A stretch of DNA of 64,000 bases. It comes from Antedon mediterranea. Its lineage: Eukaryota; Animalia; Echinodermata. The DNA lies in the NCBI RefSeq assembly GCF_964355755.1, contig NC_092679.1, positions 13,499,432-13,563,431 on the forward strand. Direction: 5' to 3'. This document shows positions 12,985 to 27,800 of the stretch, one piece after another. Each line of letters begins with the position of its first letter. The stretch's first letter is position 1. The position numbers and the translations under genes were made by a program. A model generated the notes under the pieces. That model did no database searches, was not told the origin of the DNA, and saw only the letters and a program-made list of their open reading frames with translations.

Positions 12985-13986
12985 GGGCCTGTTCAGACCT
13001 ACGGAGTTATGCTTTCGTATTGTACGCGGCGTACAAGTCCATAGGTCTGAACCAGGAAAAGATTAGTGGAAGCCACCTCGTACGACACTGATATTTCGTA
13101 CGCTACGAAAGCTCAAGGTATGAGTTTAGTGGACGTCGCTTACAATACGAAAGTCACGCATCGATGAATATGACCTAGGTTATATATCTAGCCAATCAAA
13201 TTACAATATTCGCCACATCACATCGTGACATGTGCTCCTCATCGTATAGCCAAGCTGATCCATTTGTTGTGATCGGTAAACATGCGAAAAAATCATACCT
13301 TTTGTTTGTTGTTACACTAGGTATACAGTATTATTATTATTAATATTATTATATTAATTAATTTAAAATGTCATCGAAGCGTGCGCATTGGCGAGAAACC
13401 GAAGTAAAATACCTTATTTCATTGTGGGGAAGCCCTGAGTTTAGAGATCGGTTGGAAGTGAAAAACTGGCGTAAAAGCACCGGCAACAAGATGTCTGTGT
13501 TCAACGAGATGGCGGACACGTTAGCAGATGGGCCATCCTCATAATATTAATAAAGAAGGATTTAAATTATATCCAAACGAAATTGAAGGGGTCGTCGTAT
13601 AAAGCGGCGAAAGACCGAGTAAATAAGTACAAGTACGGGATTTGAACATTTTTCTGCCATAAATGATATTTTAGGCCTAGACCAAATATAAACCCAAACC
13701 CCAAAACGATCGGCTGGTTGGTATGCCTGACAACCCATCGATAATTCCGAGCCCAAGTGTTCGGTCTAGGCCTGTAACTCCTACCCCAACCACTACTACT
13801 TTTAATAACAACGAAGGTAGGTCTATACGTGCGTTAGAGTTTGGTTAATCACCAGCGAGTGACATCATATCCGTTTGTAACGCAACTTCGTTGCAATGAA
13901 TCTGAACACTTTGCTCTTACGACACTCATTAAAATATGACCTTGGCTGTGATACGAAAGCATAACTCCGTAGGTCTGAACATACCC
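12985..13986. mobile_element. PIF/Harbinger deletion derivative with truncated Myb/SANT-like ORF
   Basis: ~36-bp TIR GGG(CC/TA)TGTTCAGACCTACGGAGTTATGCTTTCGTAT, flanks TAC/TAT. Internal 58-codon ORF 13368-13544. Confidence 0.85.
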
Positions 13987-14174
13987 TATATAGCTGCTGT
14001 CATGTCAAAAATCATTCTGTGTAATGGCAGAAACACAACATGTTTAATAGGTGCAGTCATTTGGCACATCGTTAAATCAAGAAGTTGTTTTATTGCACAT
14101 TACATAACAACTTTTTTGATGGAACAATTATTATTTGCTTGGCTATGTTGGCAAAACCTGATTCAAACAGAACT

Positions 14175-14503
14175 GGTACAAAACAGACCAGAGTTCTTTT
14201 ATAATACAAAAAAGACCTAAGTTCTTTCATGGTACCAAACAGACCTCAGTACTGTTCTGCTATGGTAAAAAGCAGACCCGAGTTCTTCCATGGTACAAAT
14301 CAGACCCGAGTTTTTCCATGGTACAAAAACAGACCAGAGTTCTTCCATGGTACAGAACAAACCAGAGTTCTTTCATGGTACAGAACAGACCCGAGTTCTT
14401 CCATGATACAGAACAGACCCAAGTTCTTCCATGGTACAGAACAGACCCAAGTTCTTCCATGGTACAGAACAGACCAGAGTTCTTCCATGGCACAAAAACA
14501 GAC
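14175..14503. repeat. 28-bp minisatellite, about 12 copies
   Basis: Unit CATGGTACAGAACAGACC(C/A)(A/G)AGTTCTTC in direct tandem; explains the overlapping ORFs at 14229-14573. Confidence 0.95.
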
Positions 14504-17500
14504 CTACTTAGGTCTTCTTAACTTTAGGAGTCAAAAGTTAAGAAGGGTGGCACAAAATAATACTTTCAAGTAGACAGAAGTTTCTCAAGTCAGGAGCTGG
14601 GTGGAAATATTGAACACATGTGGGTGATTTATCCAACCTCCATCCACCATTAAATTGTTGACAGGCAGATACATGCAATTGGTCCTCCAAAATTCAGAAC
14701 CTCTGAAGGAGGATATGGAGATATTGAAATATTAATGGAAAAAAACTAATGTAGTGACAAAACACTATAAAAAGGATTTAAGTCAGAGGACATCTGTGAT
14801 CCAATGAAGTTGATCCAAAATTCTTTGTATGAAAAACACAATTTCGATGCATGTTTGTAAGAAATCCTGTCTAGATTATTCTATTGCAGTTATTACATTT
14901 TCTTTTCTGCTATAACAAATATGATATAGTTTGGTACAATGTAGAGAAGTTTAGCAGTCATTTGTAATAAAAATTGTTTTATGATTAAAAAAATAGCTTG
15001 CTAAATAATTGCAAATAAAGAAAAGGTAGTTCCTACAGATTAATGACTTTGACATGGATGGTCCTTGAGAATAAAAGAGGTTGTATGTTTGAAATCTACA
15101 CAGCTAATTTTAATTGCAGATGCATGTAGAATGGCAATATAAACTGTGTCATGTCATTAAATGCCCAGGCACCACTTTGTAAGCTTACAATAATGACAGC
15201 TAATATATTTAAAGATATCACAAAAAAGCTGATTGAAAATGTATCAACCTCTTTTCTGATACAACAGTCTCAGAGATCGAGTCACATCATTCATTGCTGT
15301 AAAATTATGTGCATCATTTAATATACTATATTACAAGTTGTGATAACACAATCCAAACATATACGTAAATCATTTAAAAATATATTTTGTGATAGGAAAG
15401 GTAAAAACAGATGATGGATATTTGTTAAAAATTATTCAACGTGATCGTACAGAGGATGCTACAGGGAAAATGTTTGCTTGTGTAGGCAGCAAGTGATAAA
15501 TTTCACTCTTCCCTGGTGTAGAATAACCAAATGCTACACATACTATTTTTTATTCATCGTTCTTGATTCAAAGAACCTAGCGCCAAGATACTTTAAAAAA
15601 AGTATGTTTTACAGTATTCTTCCTTTCAATAGCCCCATCTTTAAAGCTCAGGTACAGGCATGAATTTTAAATATAATATTTGGTTAATTGTACATAAATC
15701 AAATATTTGTAACAGAAATCAAGACGAAAAAACATGAATTTCCCTTAATATGGTCAAATACAAAAGTTAGCAAAATTCTTCCATAAAAACCAGAAAGACT
15801 TTTTTTCAGTAGTAGGTAGTTAACCTAATGTAATATTAAACATGTCTTGTGACTCCCTAGAAGGTGAAAAAAGATGGTGGATATACAGTGGATAATTTTT
15901 GCTATAGCATGAAAATAAAAGTTGAATAAAAATACCAGAAATGTAATATTCAAGTTATATTACCTATATTTAGTCATCTGATAACATTTTTTACCACACT
16001 GTTTATTTTTCATAGCTTTTTAAAATGCCTCTCTATTTACAAAATTTGTGTACAAAAAAATAGAGATTTTACTGTTTAATTTGAACTATCCCCCCACTGA
16101 TAAGAAAGTGCTTATTTTCAACAAGCTCTGTAACACACATAAAATCCCAAAAATTATGAAACATAGGGGAAACTATAGATCGATAATTATTGGAATGTAT
16201 GATCAATAGAAATTTTTTGCCCGCACCTGGCCTTTAAAGTTCAACAGAAATGTCCTAATTTTGAGAATTCAGACCGTGTTCATAATATATTATTCATATT
16301 TGCTTATCAAAACTAAATACAGTATCAAAAAAGATTTTATTTCAATGCAACTGCGTAAATTTGCGTAATCTTAGATGAATATTTTTCACTCGATGTTGCA
16401 TACTGCATTTAAGCAATTAACGAAAGAGATACAAACAAACAAGTTAAGTCTAAAGGGAATTTCTGTAAAAAGATCAAAGTTGAAGTGTATGTACTGTATA
16501 TTATTATCAAGATAGGGCATAGTGTAATCAAATCAATTTTAATTCAGCATACACTAAAGTGATTATGGATTGGCAATGTTATCATTGTGTTTATGCCTAC
16601 AGACTATTAATGGCATTCGTATGTTCCTCATCATCATTTAACTATGTGTTTAAAAGTGGAGGACAAATTAATAAATAAAAAATTATATTTTAAGAGTAAG
16701 ATTCTAAATAGTATTAAAACCACATTGATTGTGTTTTACTTTACTTTGATTGTGTTATTAGAGTAAAGGTTAGTAGTGGGTTGCTATATTTCTAAGCATA
16801 ATTTTGTAGGGCTGTTGAAATAGTAGCCCACCAGCTCACCATCAGTTTCTAAAAATTGTCATTTTTTAGTTATTAGAAGAGCATGAAGAATGAAAGAAAG
16901 AAGACTGTCATGGACCTGTCAAATAGCAGATGACAATCGTAGGCAATGCAGGTAGTAGGTATATTAATAGGCCACTGTCAATTTAAGATAGGTTACCAAT
17001 AGAGAGTGTGGGGTTATTAATAGACAGAAGTTGGGGTGGGGATTATTAAGTAATAGAGGGAAGCAGGAAGGTACAGTATTAATTAGTCAATGTCTTATTT
17101 AAAGTTGGAGATGTTAGGAAACATCTGAACTAAATCAGATTGGGCAACATGACAAATAGTAACACCAGAATACTGGACTTTTAACAGATGATTAACAGAA
17201 AGATTATGCACACAAACACGCATTTAGGATTGAGAAACAACATTTTTTTTTTTACTAAAAAGGCATTTAAAATGAAAGATCATGTTGCTTCATATGCATC
17301 TAGTACTTGGTAGGAACTTACCAGTGTTGAGTGAAGTGAACTGACTGCTGGGCCAAAGAAATCCCAAAGAAAGAGTGACTCCATACAATCTTGACGTGAC
17401 GCATATTGAGTGAAATTGACTGATGAAAACATTGAAACATGTAAGATTTATATGAGTAAATTATGACATCAATAAACAATGACAACGCTTTGTATATCAT

Positions 17501-18437
17501 AGTGTCAATCAAATGGAGTATTGGAAGTCTACACGTCTCTGTTCCTGGCGGAGAACTTTAGTATCTGTGTACCGTAAAACCTTGTAAAGAAACCAATGGG
17601 CTTCTATCTTTAAAACTCTTTAGTTAGACTTCTTTTCGAGATGGGCTTCTTTTCAAGATTACTTTTGCAAACAAAAGGCTTCTTTTTTAAATGAATGCTG
17701 TTCATTGTGTGAATTGCTACTAAAAAAATATGATTTTTGAGACATTCAATGGCAATTTTACATAGTTGGCAAGGAGACAGACAAGAGAAAAAAACCATTT
17801 AGAAAATCAATAAATATTGATTGTTGAGATAATTAAGGATTGTAAGGTCATTAATATCGATATGATAACACGATCATACAATTATTTTCCTTTGACATTC
17901 AAATAACAGTCTATCTTGAAAAGAAGCCCATACAATATTAAAAAGAAGCTAAGTAGACCTGATTTCGAGATGAGCTTCTTTTCAAAACTTTTTCAACCCA
18001 CAGAGGGGAATTTTTTTTCGAGATGGGGTCCTTTTTAGTATACCTTGTAACATCATTGCATACAGTTTTAAATCTAAAATAAGTATGAAAAGAAATTAAT
18101 TAGTGTGCATTTAATGTTTCTTCAAAATGATAAATGCATATTGGATACTTTTAAAAATGAGATATAATATTATAGTGTGTATCACAAAATCAATCAATCA
18201 TGCAATTCAAAAGCCTTTAGTGTTTCTAAGAACTGTGAGTTATGAGTAGCATTAATGATCGATATGATGAAGGTCACATTTTGCCTATTAATGATTTGTT
18301 TGTTTTGTGAATGAATATCTTACAGGAGATGATAAATTAATAGCATGGCTTTAAGATTTTTTCCACAAATCACTGTTATTTTTGCTTAATATGAATTTGA
18401 TTGACATTTTTTTGCCAAATAAAATACTGTAGCTTGA

Positions 18438-19556
18438 ATCATCATCATCAGGCATCCTTCATATCAGTCAAGATTGACTATGGAGATGACATTGGAGAGA
18501 ATTTCATCCGTTTTCCAGTGAGTCTGTGTGAGTTCCAGTGGCTGATCTAGATTTTCTTTTCAGATACCTTTCTTCATTTTCCATACGATATCTTTCTTCA
18601 CTGTGTACAAGTCCTGCCTTCATACAATCTTTCCATGATTTTCGGTCATCAGCCTTTTTTTCCCAGGTGTTAACATTGATGTCCATTGAAGTCTCTTTTA
18701 CATGCATCTTTGAAACGCAAAAGTGGATGTCCTTTGGATCTTTTACAATTCGCTAGCTCACCGTACAACATAACCTTTGGAGTTCTTGTATCGTCCATTC
18801 TTCTGACATGACCAAGCCATAGTAGTCTTCGCTGTCGAATTAATGTAAATATCGAAGTAATGCCACATCTATCAAGGACACCGTTGTTTGTTACCCTGTC
18901 CTGCCATCTGATATTTAAGATAGTCCGGAGACAGCGGAGGTGAAAGACATTTAGTTTCTTTTCTTGTCTAGCATAGGTTGTCCATGATTCAGCTCCATAC
19001 AAGAGGACGCTAATGACACATGCCATATACACTTTTATCTTCACAGCCACTCTAATATTTTATTTTCCCAAACACGTGTAGACAACTGACTGAGAGTACT
19101 AGAAGCTCTTCCGATTCGAATGTTTAGTTCACAATCTAGAGAGTTGTTAAAAGTTATAACTGAACCAAGATAAGAAAATTTACTAACATTTTCAAGTAGA
19201 AAAATGTTGACAGTAAAATTGTTTTGACCAGTTGTTTTAAACGGTAAAATCTTCGTTTTCTTTACACTTATGTTGAGACCAAAGTGTTCACAGGTACATG
19301 AAAATTTATCAAGTAGAAGTTGTAGACCATAAGGAGAATGGCTGCAGAAACAGGCATCCTCTGCATAAACAAAATCATGAAGAAGAACATTAAATATTTT
19401 TGTCTTAGCTTTAAGTCTGGCTGGGTTGTACAGCTTGCCAGTAGATCTACAATGCAATAAAACTCCTTCCATAAGATTAGGTTCAAATGCTCTTTGGAGG
19501 ACGACTGCAAAGTAAATCCCAAAAAGAAGAGGGGCAAGAACATCTCCTTGTTTTGT
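18438..19556 (-). mobile_element. 5'-truncated RTE-clade LINE (RT domain to 3' end)
   Basis: Frameshifted ORFs with KQGDVLAPLLF, degenerate YADD (YAED), FSYLGS, LLYGAESWT, LRTILNIRWQDRVTN, WLGHVRRM; (GAT)n tail at 18438-18450. Confidence 0.93.
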
Positions 19557-22039
19557 GGGTGTGTAGTATATGATCATGGAAAATAATACAACAACCCCTC
19601 CCTTGGGACATCCCTATTTTGGAGACAACCCTATTGAGGGACACTTTCTATATAGTAGTATATGTTTTTACACTGCGACAACCCCTATTCAGGGAACATT
19701 CTTATAATAATGAGACACATTGTTGGGTCCCCTTGAAAAGGAATTCCACTATTATTAGTTGTGCTACCATTTTTTTCCCTGTAATATTTTCTTTTATAAC
19801 ATGGGTTCAAGTACCGTATGTAGCCAATCAGATGCTTTAAACTGATTCACGTGTGCACTCTTTATTTTTTCACTGTCATGCACTGGAGTCTGGAGTGCAA
19901 AAAGTGCACAGCAATAAAGCATACCAGCACTCTGCATGTAAATCGCATTGCAGAATACCGATCGCACTAGGCTGACTGCACAAGCAGGTCGTCTGCACTG
20001 CGGGCCCATTTAAAAAACAAAAAACAAACATTGTATCACCTTGTATATTTTGTCAGACGACTGTTTTTTTATATGACTAGGCTAGCTAGATTGATTCATT
20101 ATGTTGAATTGATTGATTGTATAACAAATTTAAATTACTCAAGAAAATTACATTTCAAATAGTATTTTCACAAATTGATGATTCAAGTTGCTCTTTCAAC
20201 TATTCTTTCATTTGATACTCTCTGAAATTGTATAATCCGTAACAAAATGCAGAAAATTATAATTTCAGATATCTCCATAAAATAATGATAAGGCGGGCGA
20301 GGATTAGTGCATCCTACATGAAAATTACATTTGTAATGAAGTGTTATTTCATCTTGAACAATCATCATTAGCCAACTAATCCGTTGGATTGGGCACTTGT
20401 CAAGTGGCGTGGGATGTTACGCAGCAGAGAGTCTTAGGTTCTGAATAGATGCCTTGTTATCTAGTCTAATGGATAAAAGACCATTACTAATTTAACTCAA
20501 TATTACTGTACATGTGACCAAGGCAATCTCCAGAGATCAAAGGGTTTATTTGTGGCTGCGACATGATCAGATCCACACCCCAGTGTTTTATAATATAGCA
20601 TAATATAAAAAAAACATTATAATTTACTAAAAAATCATTATTGTCACTTCATGAAAAAGCAAAATTCATTTCACATGTATGTAGACTTTCCGTAGTCATA
20701 ATAGTGTTAATTAATTTATGTAATACTGGGTATTTATATTTTGCTCTAAATTTGTTATAATTGTGGCGTGGTGTTAAAATATAAAAGTTGGCAATTACGG
20801 TACATGTATCGTTAAAAAATCCGCACACTATTCTTTATCTCTTTATCGTAAAACGCAATGTACTAGATTTTCACCTAATGATTATCTTTTCGTGACTGCA
20901 CGCTTAACTTGACAGAAAAGAACTCATCATCTTCAGATACGAAACAGAGAAGGCAGAATTAGAATTGATTTAAGTTGAGGCTAAACTCTAACGCTGATTG
21001 AAAATAGATTGCTTTTCGATGAAGAGAATAATTTTGTTATTAAATATTAAATGACGCTATCAACTAGAACGTCAAGTTTGCACGTACAGCCTATTTTATT
21101 ATTGTCATTATATTGTAAAATGAACTAGGTAATTTTCAATCTACAAATTACTTTACTTTCATTTTTTTGTCCACTACTTCTAATCATACGTGAAGTGAAG
21201 AAGAGAATTGGCAGCGCTATTGGAATTTCACCGCAGGGGATGGTTTATGAGAGCCACCCTCAATTTTTTATTTTGTACGCAAGAATATTTTTTTCGTAAA
21301 CTGAACTTGCATTAGAACCATTATCACCATTAGATTCACTTTTTTGTGCACATGATGCTAACTTAACCAATCAAATTGCAAGGACATACTATTAAGGTGT
21401 TATAGTAGATACATTGGCATCTGGGTTGTTTATGCGGCTATATTCAATTCAGTTCAGAATTCTGAGTACAAGCCTCAAGGCTCAGAGACCTTGAATCTCT
21501 TATATATGTCTTCTTGTAAGTAACATTAACTTGGATTTAAAAGGCATAGTGTACAAGGTTTGATCTGGGCGAAACCATCACTAATGCACAACAACATGAT
21601 AATAGTGCTCTTGGGAAACACAGACCTTTCAAACCAATTCAAATTAAACTCGCATAAAATACTCTACAAAGAGTATACGCTTTTTCTACGGCAATTACAG
21701 TTGTTGGAATTAGGCCAAGAAACTTCGGGCAACATACAGTAAAACAAATAAAGATTATTAAATGAAGTATATGAAGAAAAGTTGATTACTTCTCAGACTC
21801 AACTTATATACAGTATTTTGTTCGATATTTGTGTTTCATTTTCACTTTTTCAAATTTATTAACGTGAACAAAAAGCGGTCAGCTTTTCCATTTCCAAATC
21901 ATTTGCTGTAGTGAATTCTAGTCCCTTGAGCTTTTAATGAAATTGGTACTTTTCATAGCTTTTCTTCGTTTTTAAAGTGAACATTTTTGTAACCAATCAG
22001 TCGAGCCCGGAAAATTCACTCGTTTAATCATATTTACCA

Positions 22040-22236
22040 AAAGTCTTTAGGCACATGGCCAAGGATTATCAATAGTAAATCACTATTAACTCCTTAATCA
22101 TACTGGACCTACGTTTTATAGTCCTTATCTGAGAAGACTTTTCCACAACCAGAATTATGATCGAGTCGCCATCGAACCCATGCCGATATTGTTGGCTCTT
22201 TAGTTACGGTAATTGGCGTCCCTGCCTGAAATTAAC
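22040..22236 (-). mobile_element. tRNA-derived SINE copy
   Basis: Reverse complement resembles the 8627-8915 element (TGGCCGAGTGGTTAA...AAAGAGCCAACAATATCGGCATGGGTTCGA). Confidence 0.7.
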
Positions 22237-22584
22237 CACTCGGCCATTTCACTCACGCCTTACTATTGCTAATATAAAGTGGATCTACACTTTGAGCTGA
22301 TTAATCATCTATGAAAATATTCTACCCACGACATTGAAATGTGAAATTTTATCTTTAAAATCAGAGATTGCACAAGTTTTTTCCATCTCATTTACATTAA
22401 AATGCCAATCCTAAAACATGTTTTAAGCCCAATGGCAGCTTTAAAGAGGTATTGTAGACACGTACATGTTAACATTTGAAAGAGAAATAGTGGTAGAAAT
22501 TTAACGTCAGAAAACTTGGCAAATGCTCTAAGTTTAAATAATACAAAATGCATAGCCTCCAGTCTATGATGATTCTTACACTTA

Positions 22585-23511
22585 CGCCCGTATTCTTAAA
22601 CCGGACTTTAGTCGTAGTTCGAGCTAAAACTAAAAAAATGACGTCATTTTAATTCATAAACCGAACTTCAACTAAATCACCGACTAAATCAGGCCAACCT
22701 CGACTAAATCGAGACGGATTTTGATCGATTTTTTTAGTCCTTGAGGGGGCAGACTAAATGGTCGACTAAATGTTTTTTAAACGATGTTTATAAAAAACGT
22801 AACAGTCATTGAGTTGTTATATTGGCCAGATATTGAAGAATGAAATATCTATATTTATATTAGCTTAATTAAATATACATTGGTATAAATTATAATAATG
22901 AAAATCATCTTTATTTACAACTGTATACAAATTACATTATTTTCTTCGCGCAAGTCCGACTTGAGCTACGTCACGCCATAGCGACAATGGGAGATGCGGC
23001 AATTCACCACGCGATGGAATGTTTAGGGGGCCTAGCGCTTTCTTGTCACGCTATGAAGTGCGTGGTTCGTGGCGATCATACTTTGTTGGGGGCCTAGAAA
23101 ATATAAAAGTTACCGTACCGCCATGGTTCCTAAATATATTTTGAAGATTTTATTTGTTGTTAATCAAATATACTTCACTGTTAAATTAATACTGATATTG
23201 TTCTAATAATTAACGATTAAAATTATTTTTCATGTATATAGTCCTGATGCGTAAAAAGTGTTGTAAGAAATGGAAAGTGATATCAATGCGCAAAATTTCG
23301 TCTGCTCCTCAAATACTCTCTTGTCATTGGCCAATGTATAGCCTTTGTTACCCAGACGTGTGCAACTCGACTAAAAGCTCGACTTCATTAAGTCGAACTG
23401 CAAACTTCGACTACTTCGTTTTTGAATCGAATTTGAAGTAATAGCTCGAACTACGACTTTTCCAAGTCGAACTTCGAACTACGACTAAAGTCCGGTTTAA
23501 GAATACGGGCG
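22585..23511. mobile_element. Harbinger/Tourist-like MITE
   Basis: Perfect ~38-bp TIR CGCCCGTATTCTTAAACCGGACTTTAGTCGTAGTTCGA, TTA target-site duplication, subterminal CGACTAAA repeats. Confidence 0.88.
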
Positions 23512-23959
23512 TTAGTGTCATTACATTTTGACAAATTTGTGAAATGGTTCCAACATACAAGAAAAACAATCATTTCTTATTTTCAACAAAAGCGGTAAGA
23601 ACCGCCACTTAAAATCATATTAATAAAAGTGGTAGACTACCATGTAAGTCAATACATAGAATGTTGTTTTCTCATACATCCATTATCAGTATGCCGATGA
23701 TTAAGATAAAAAGAATTATCTGTATTATTTGATTTTATCTATAAAAGGGTGCGCTCATATACCCTGTAGAATTGTACAGAATCTTTAATAAAATGCCTTG
23801 GGTAAACCTGATAATGTATCAAAGTGATTATTAAAGAAAAAAAGTTACTTTACACATTCAATATTACACTAGAATTTCATTACTAAAAATCAAACCCAAA
23901 AATCGATGTTTATCAGTGCAACAAACACAACATTTTAATTCAATTAAAAAAACATTGAT

Positions 23960-24880
23960 TTATAGTACATTCAAAAGACAAGTAACAAAAACAATAATGG
24001 CAAGAGATATTTTATAAAATGGACAAAGGCAGGATCCCAAAACGATGAGAATCTTGTGGTGGGATTGCTTTTATAAATTAATTAAAAATAGATATTTATG
24101 AAAAAATAAATAAATTAATTAAAAATAATGAATATATAAATTATTAATACCGGTAGATAAAAGTTGAAAAAATTAAGTAAAAATGATGAGCAGAAAAAAG
24201 TACAGCTGCAGGGCATACTGTAGTAATGAAAAAGATGACAAAATGAATAAATTAAATCTAGCAAGTCACGGAACGAGACAAAAAGTGATTTTTAATTTTC
24301 TTGGAGAATGAGTAGCAGGTGGCAGCACAAGAAATTGAGGGGGGTAAATTGTTAAAGATAAGTGGTCCAGAATATCTAATGCTGTGTTAAAAATAGTTGG
24401 ATAGGGATAATAAATGTTATAAATGTTGTGTCATATTTATGGTATTATTGGAAACGAAAGGGTTGTAAAAAAGACAAGGGAGAATGGAGTGAGTAGCCGA
24501 AAAACCAAAATCACCTTGCTGGGATAGGTTAATGTCTGAGAGTTTAAGAAGATTGAGTTTGAAAAATAAATGGGAGAAAGGCGATAGCTTTTTTTTGTAG
24601 AATAGAGAGTTTATTGATGTTTGTTGGGTAAATGTTGGCCCAGAAAATAATACCATAGCTCAAATGAGAAAGGATGAGTGTGCAATAAAGGGTTTTGAGA
24701 ATACATAAGTTAGAAGGAAGGAAGAAAGCCTAAAAATGATCCAAAATTTTTAAGACACCTTGATTTCAATTTTCTGGATATGAGAGGCAGTTGTCGATGG
24801 TAACGGCAAGAAATTTAATAGACTTTACAGAGAGGATTTTATGATTATTAATAATGATTTTAAGTGGGGACACATCAATG
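23960..24880 (-). mobile_element. Degraded LINE (L2/CR1-group) 3' fragment
   Basis: Minus strand retains SIRYSGPLIFNNLP-type C-terminal motif amid stops and frameshifts; boundaries approximate. Confidence 0.6.
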
Positions 24881-27800
24881 CCCACATACTGTAACATATG
24901 AGCGAAGAATGTTAACATTTATAGTGTTGAATAATTGTGTCTATTATATGTGGGATTATATAGTCTGTACTGTACAGTAGGCATAGCATTGGTGAAATTA
25001 CGGGACTTTACATTCCCATTTTTTGACATGATGTCATCAAAACATGAAGATGAAAATTCATTGTAGATACTTGAAAGTGGTTTTCGCCTGCTGTTAGATT
25101 TATACTACTATTTTCCATATCAAAGGTTTCAACCTTTCTGGCACTCTATTTGTGAAGAAGAGCTCAATCACAAAGTTTGCAAATAAAAATGTCTGATTAC
25201 AATTGCAAATTATACAATATTTACTCAACAAAATCTCATTCTGTATTGAAGCTGCATGAAACCTATGCATCTATGAAGAAACAATAAGCCCTTATTGGTT
25301 CTTTAAAAGATCATCTATTTGTTAACCAAATTGTCTTACAAATTAAAAAAAAAACGTAAACAGGTGTAACTTTTGTAATTTTATGAAGAAAATGTACCCT
25401 GCGATTATCATACTCTAAGACAAGTATGAAATTAACACTGTACTGTATTAAAAGGTTAGAAGGATGTAAAATCTATGTTATTATGCTTTTAAGCCAGCCA
25501 AATTGGAAGAGGTAAACACATACTTAAAATAGCAACTTGTTTATCTACAGAAAGCCCTCATAATTAGAAAGTGAGTACATTTTTTTAAAGTTATTATTTT
25601 TTAATCCTATTTATAAACCATTATTATATTTTATGAAAAGTTAGACAATGGAGGCTCAGGAAAAAAACTTACCAATAGGGAGAAATTGTTTTCTTGTGCT
25701 TGTTTTTTCACACTAGCATGCCATGCTACTATTTAGGAATCCAGTCAAGAAGTCATTCTACATAGCCATGCAACATTCCTTGAACTGTTGGTGGCGCACA
25801 TGGTTATGATAACAAGAGCAGATATTGCGAAAGGTAACTTATTACACTCTGTATATTAGTTTTAATCATTTTCAAAATAGAAATGATAAAAATACAAAAT
25901 ATGTTTTTGTTGATGCAACAATACAAATGTAAAAATAGTTTTGTTATTTCTTTTATACCAGCATTAAACTAAACAATTTTGAAATAACTAAAAATACTGT
26001 TCTAAATAGTAATTTGTTATTATCTAAATTCAATGTATTAATTTCATGCGTCAATACATATAGAAAAACGTAGATAAAGCGGTTGAAATAATTGCTATTG
26101 TCTTAAAATTGTGTTTTATTTTGAATTATCCAAATATAAAAGATTGTTTTTGAAATGTTGATGTCACTCATCTAAGTCTCTAATCTGGTCAAGTAACACT
26201 ACAGCGAGATTGTTTGTTAAACTGTACACAGACAATTTTATATTTGTCCCTTTTTTCTGAATTTCTTCACCTTAAAGACTTTCTTTCAATGTTCAATTTA
26301 TTAGATAGAATATCTCATCAGGATCATCTTTTTAAAGTTTAGTTGGCCAAAGTAAATTTTTTAATACCATGGGACGACATCAGGCAGATTATAAGCACTT
26401 TCCTGTTTTAAAAATCCTGGGTCTGCCTCTTTCGTAGGATATGTGTAGCATTTTAGAATTATGAGTTACTCAACATCATATGAGACAATGATGGATTAAC
26501 AAGGATATTTGCTACAAGAAACATGTTTACTGTGGTTGTTGAGGCTAATGCACTAGTATCACAAACGACAGCTGCTTGGTAAATGATGAGGTTCGGTTAC
26601 AATTTCATTGGCTTTTGTGAGTACATCCGGAAAAGTAATTTGTTTGAGGCTAATATGAAGAATCAACTTAGATTACCTACGTTCTTCACTATAAAATAAA
26701 TGACTTTCTAGCTTTCTTAAATTTTCAGAATTATCGGGAATCACCTTGTCCTTGGCAAAGAAAAATAGTTATCTAATTACTTGCAAATTATAATTTGTGT
26801 CTATGGAGTCAAGAGAATCGAAAAAAAGAAATTGGTTGCCAATAGGGAAACCAGGGTTTAAAATTTGGTTTCCCTCTAATACTGTAGTTTGTTAGTTGCC
26901 CCTCCTTTTTTTCAAATTTGTTTTCTGATTCTACAAGCTCTGTAGTAAATCAGTCGTGAGGTAATTTCCCAATTGATCGTAATCAAAACGGTACTGGGTA
27001 TAGTCTACTAGTTTTTCTGTTTCCTACCAGTACATCCATTCATAGAAGCCTTGATGAAGTAAGCCGACCTGGTGGTAACCATAGAACGGACCCGAGATAA
27101 CGACTATACTTCGGCTTTAGTCGATAGAAGATTGAAAAAATTGTTAGAGATAGAGTACATACGATGTTTGATTATATGTGTATGTGATTTGTTCTTTTAT
27201 TCTAATGATGTTCTGCATAAGGAAATGGAGATAGTAGTTGAATGATGTTTTATATCAATTAATTAAATTATCGTAGATTGTATATTATGCGATAAATATT
27301 ATTTAATAAATTTCTGATATAATATTATTAATTAATTATTATAATATTAATAAAAAGATATTTGTTAGTATAAATTTAAAAAATATAGATATAAGGAAGA
27401 AAAGCAAAGAGATTATGGAGCGACTGTACCAGAATATACAACACTATAAGTATTGTAAAATTAATATACTAAAAAATTTAGGCGATCTTGTCAAAGGTCA
27501 AGAGCCTTCAGCCTGCCACGTTTCGATATTCAATATTGAACTTGACCTGACGTGGTTCCACAATATCTTTATATGAAAATGGTAGAGTGGATATTCACTG
27601 AAAATTTCAAAATCGTATTCTATTATAACATCAAGTTGTCCACTTTTAAACTTAAAAGTAAATAAATGCTTATTTTGAATTCAAATAAATATGACTGACA
27701 AATGCTGACATCCTACCAAAATATATGAAATAATATCAATAACAATTGTTTGTTTTGCGTTTACGTTTTTGGGTTGCATCCACGTTTGTGGGTTGCATCC

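Noticed and set aside
14175-14573. 28-bp repeats and four overlapping ORFs, resembling a CRISPR array or repeat protein
   Set aside because: Units are contiguous with no unique spacers, the context is eukaryotic with no cas genes, and the ORFs arise because the unit largely lacks stop codons.
18538-19543. Extra ORFs around the RTE element as independent genes
   Set aside because: Alternative frames or antisense of a frameshifted LINE with a degenerate catalytic motif.
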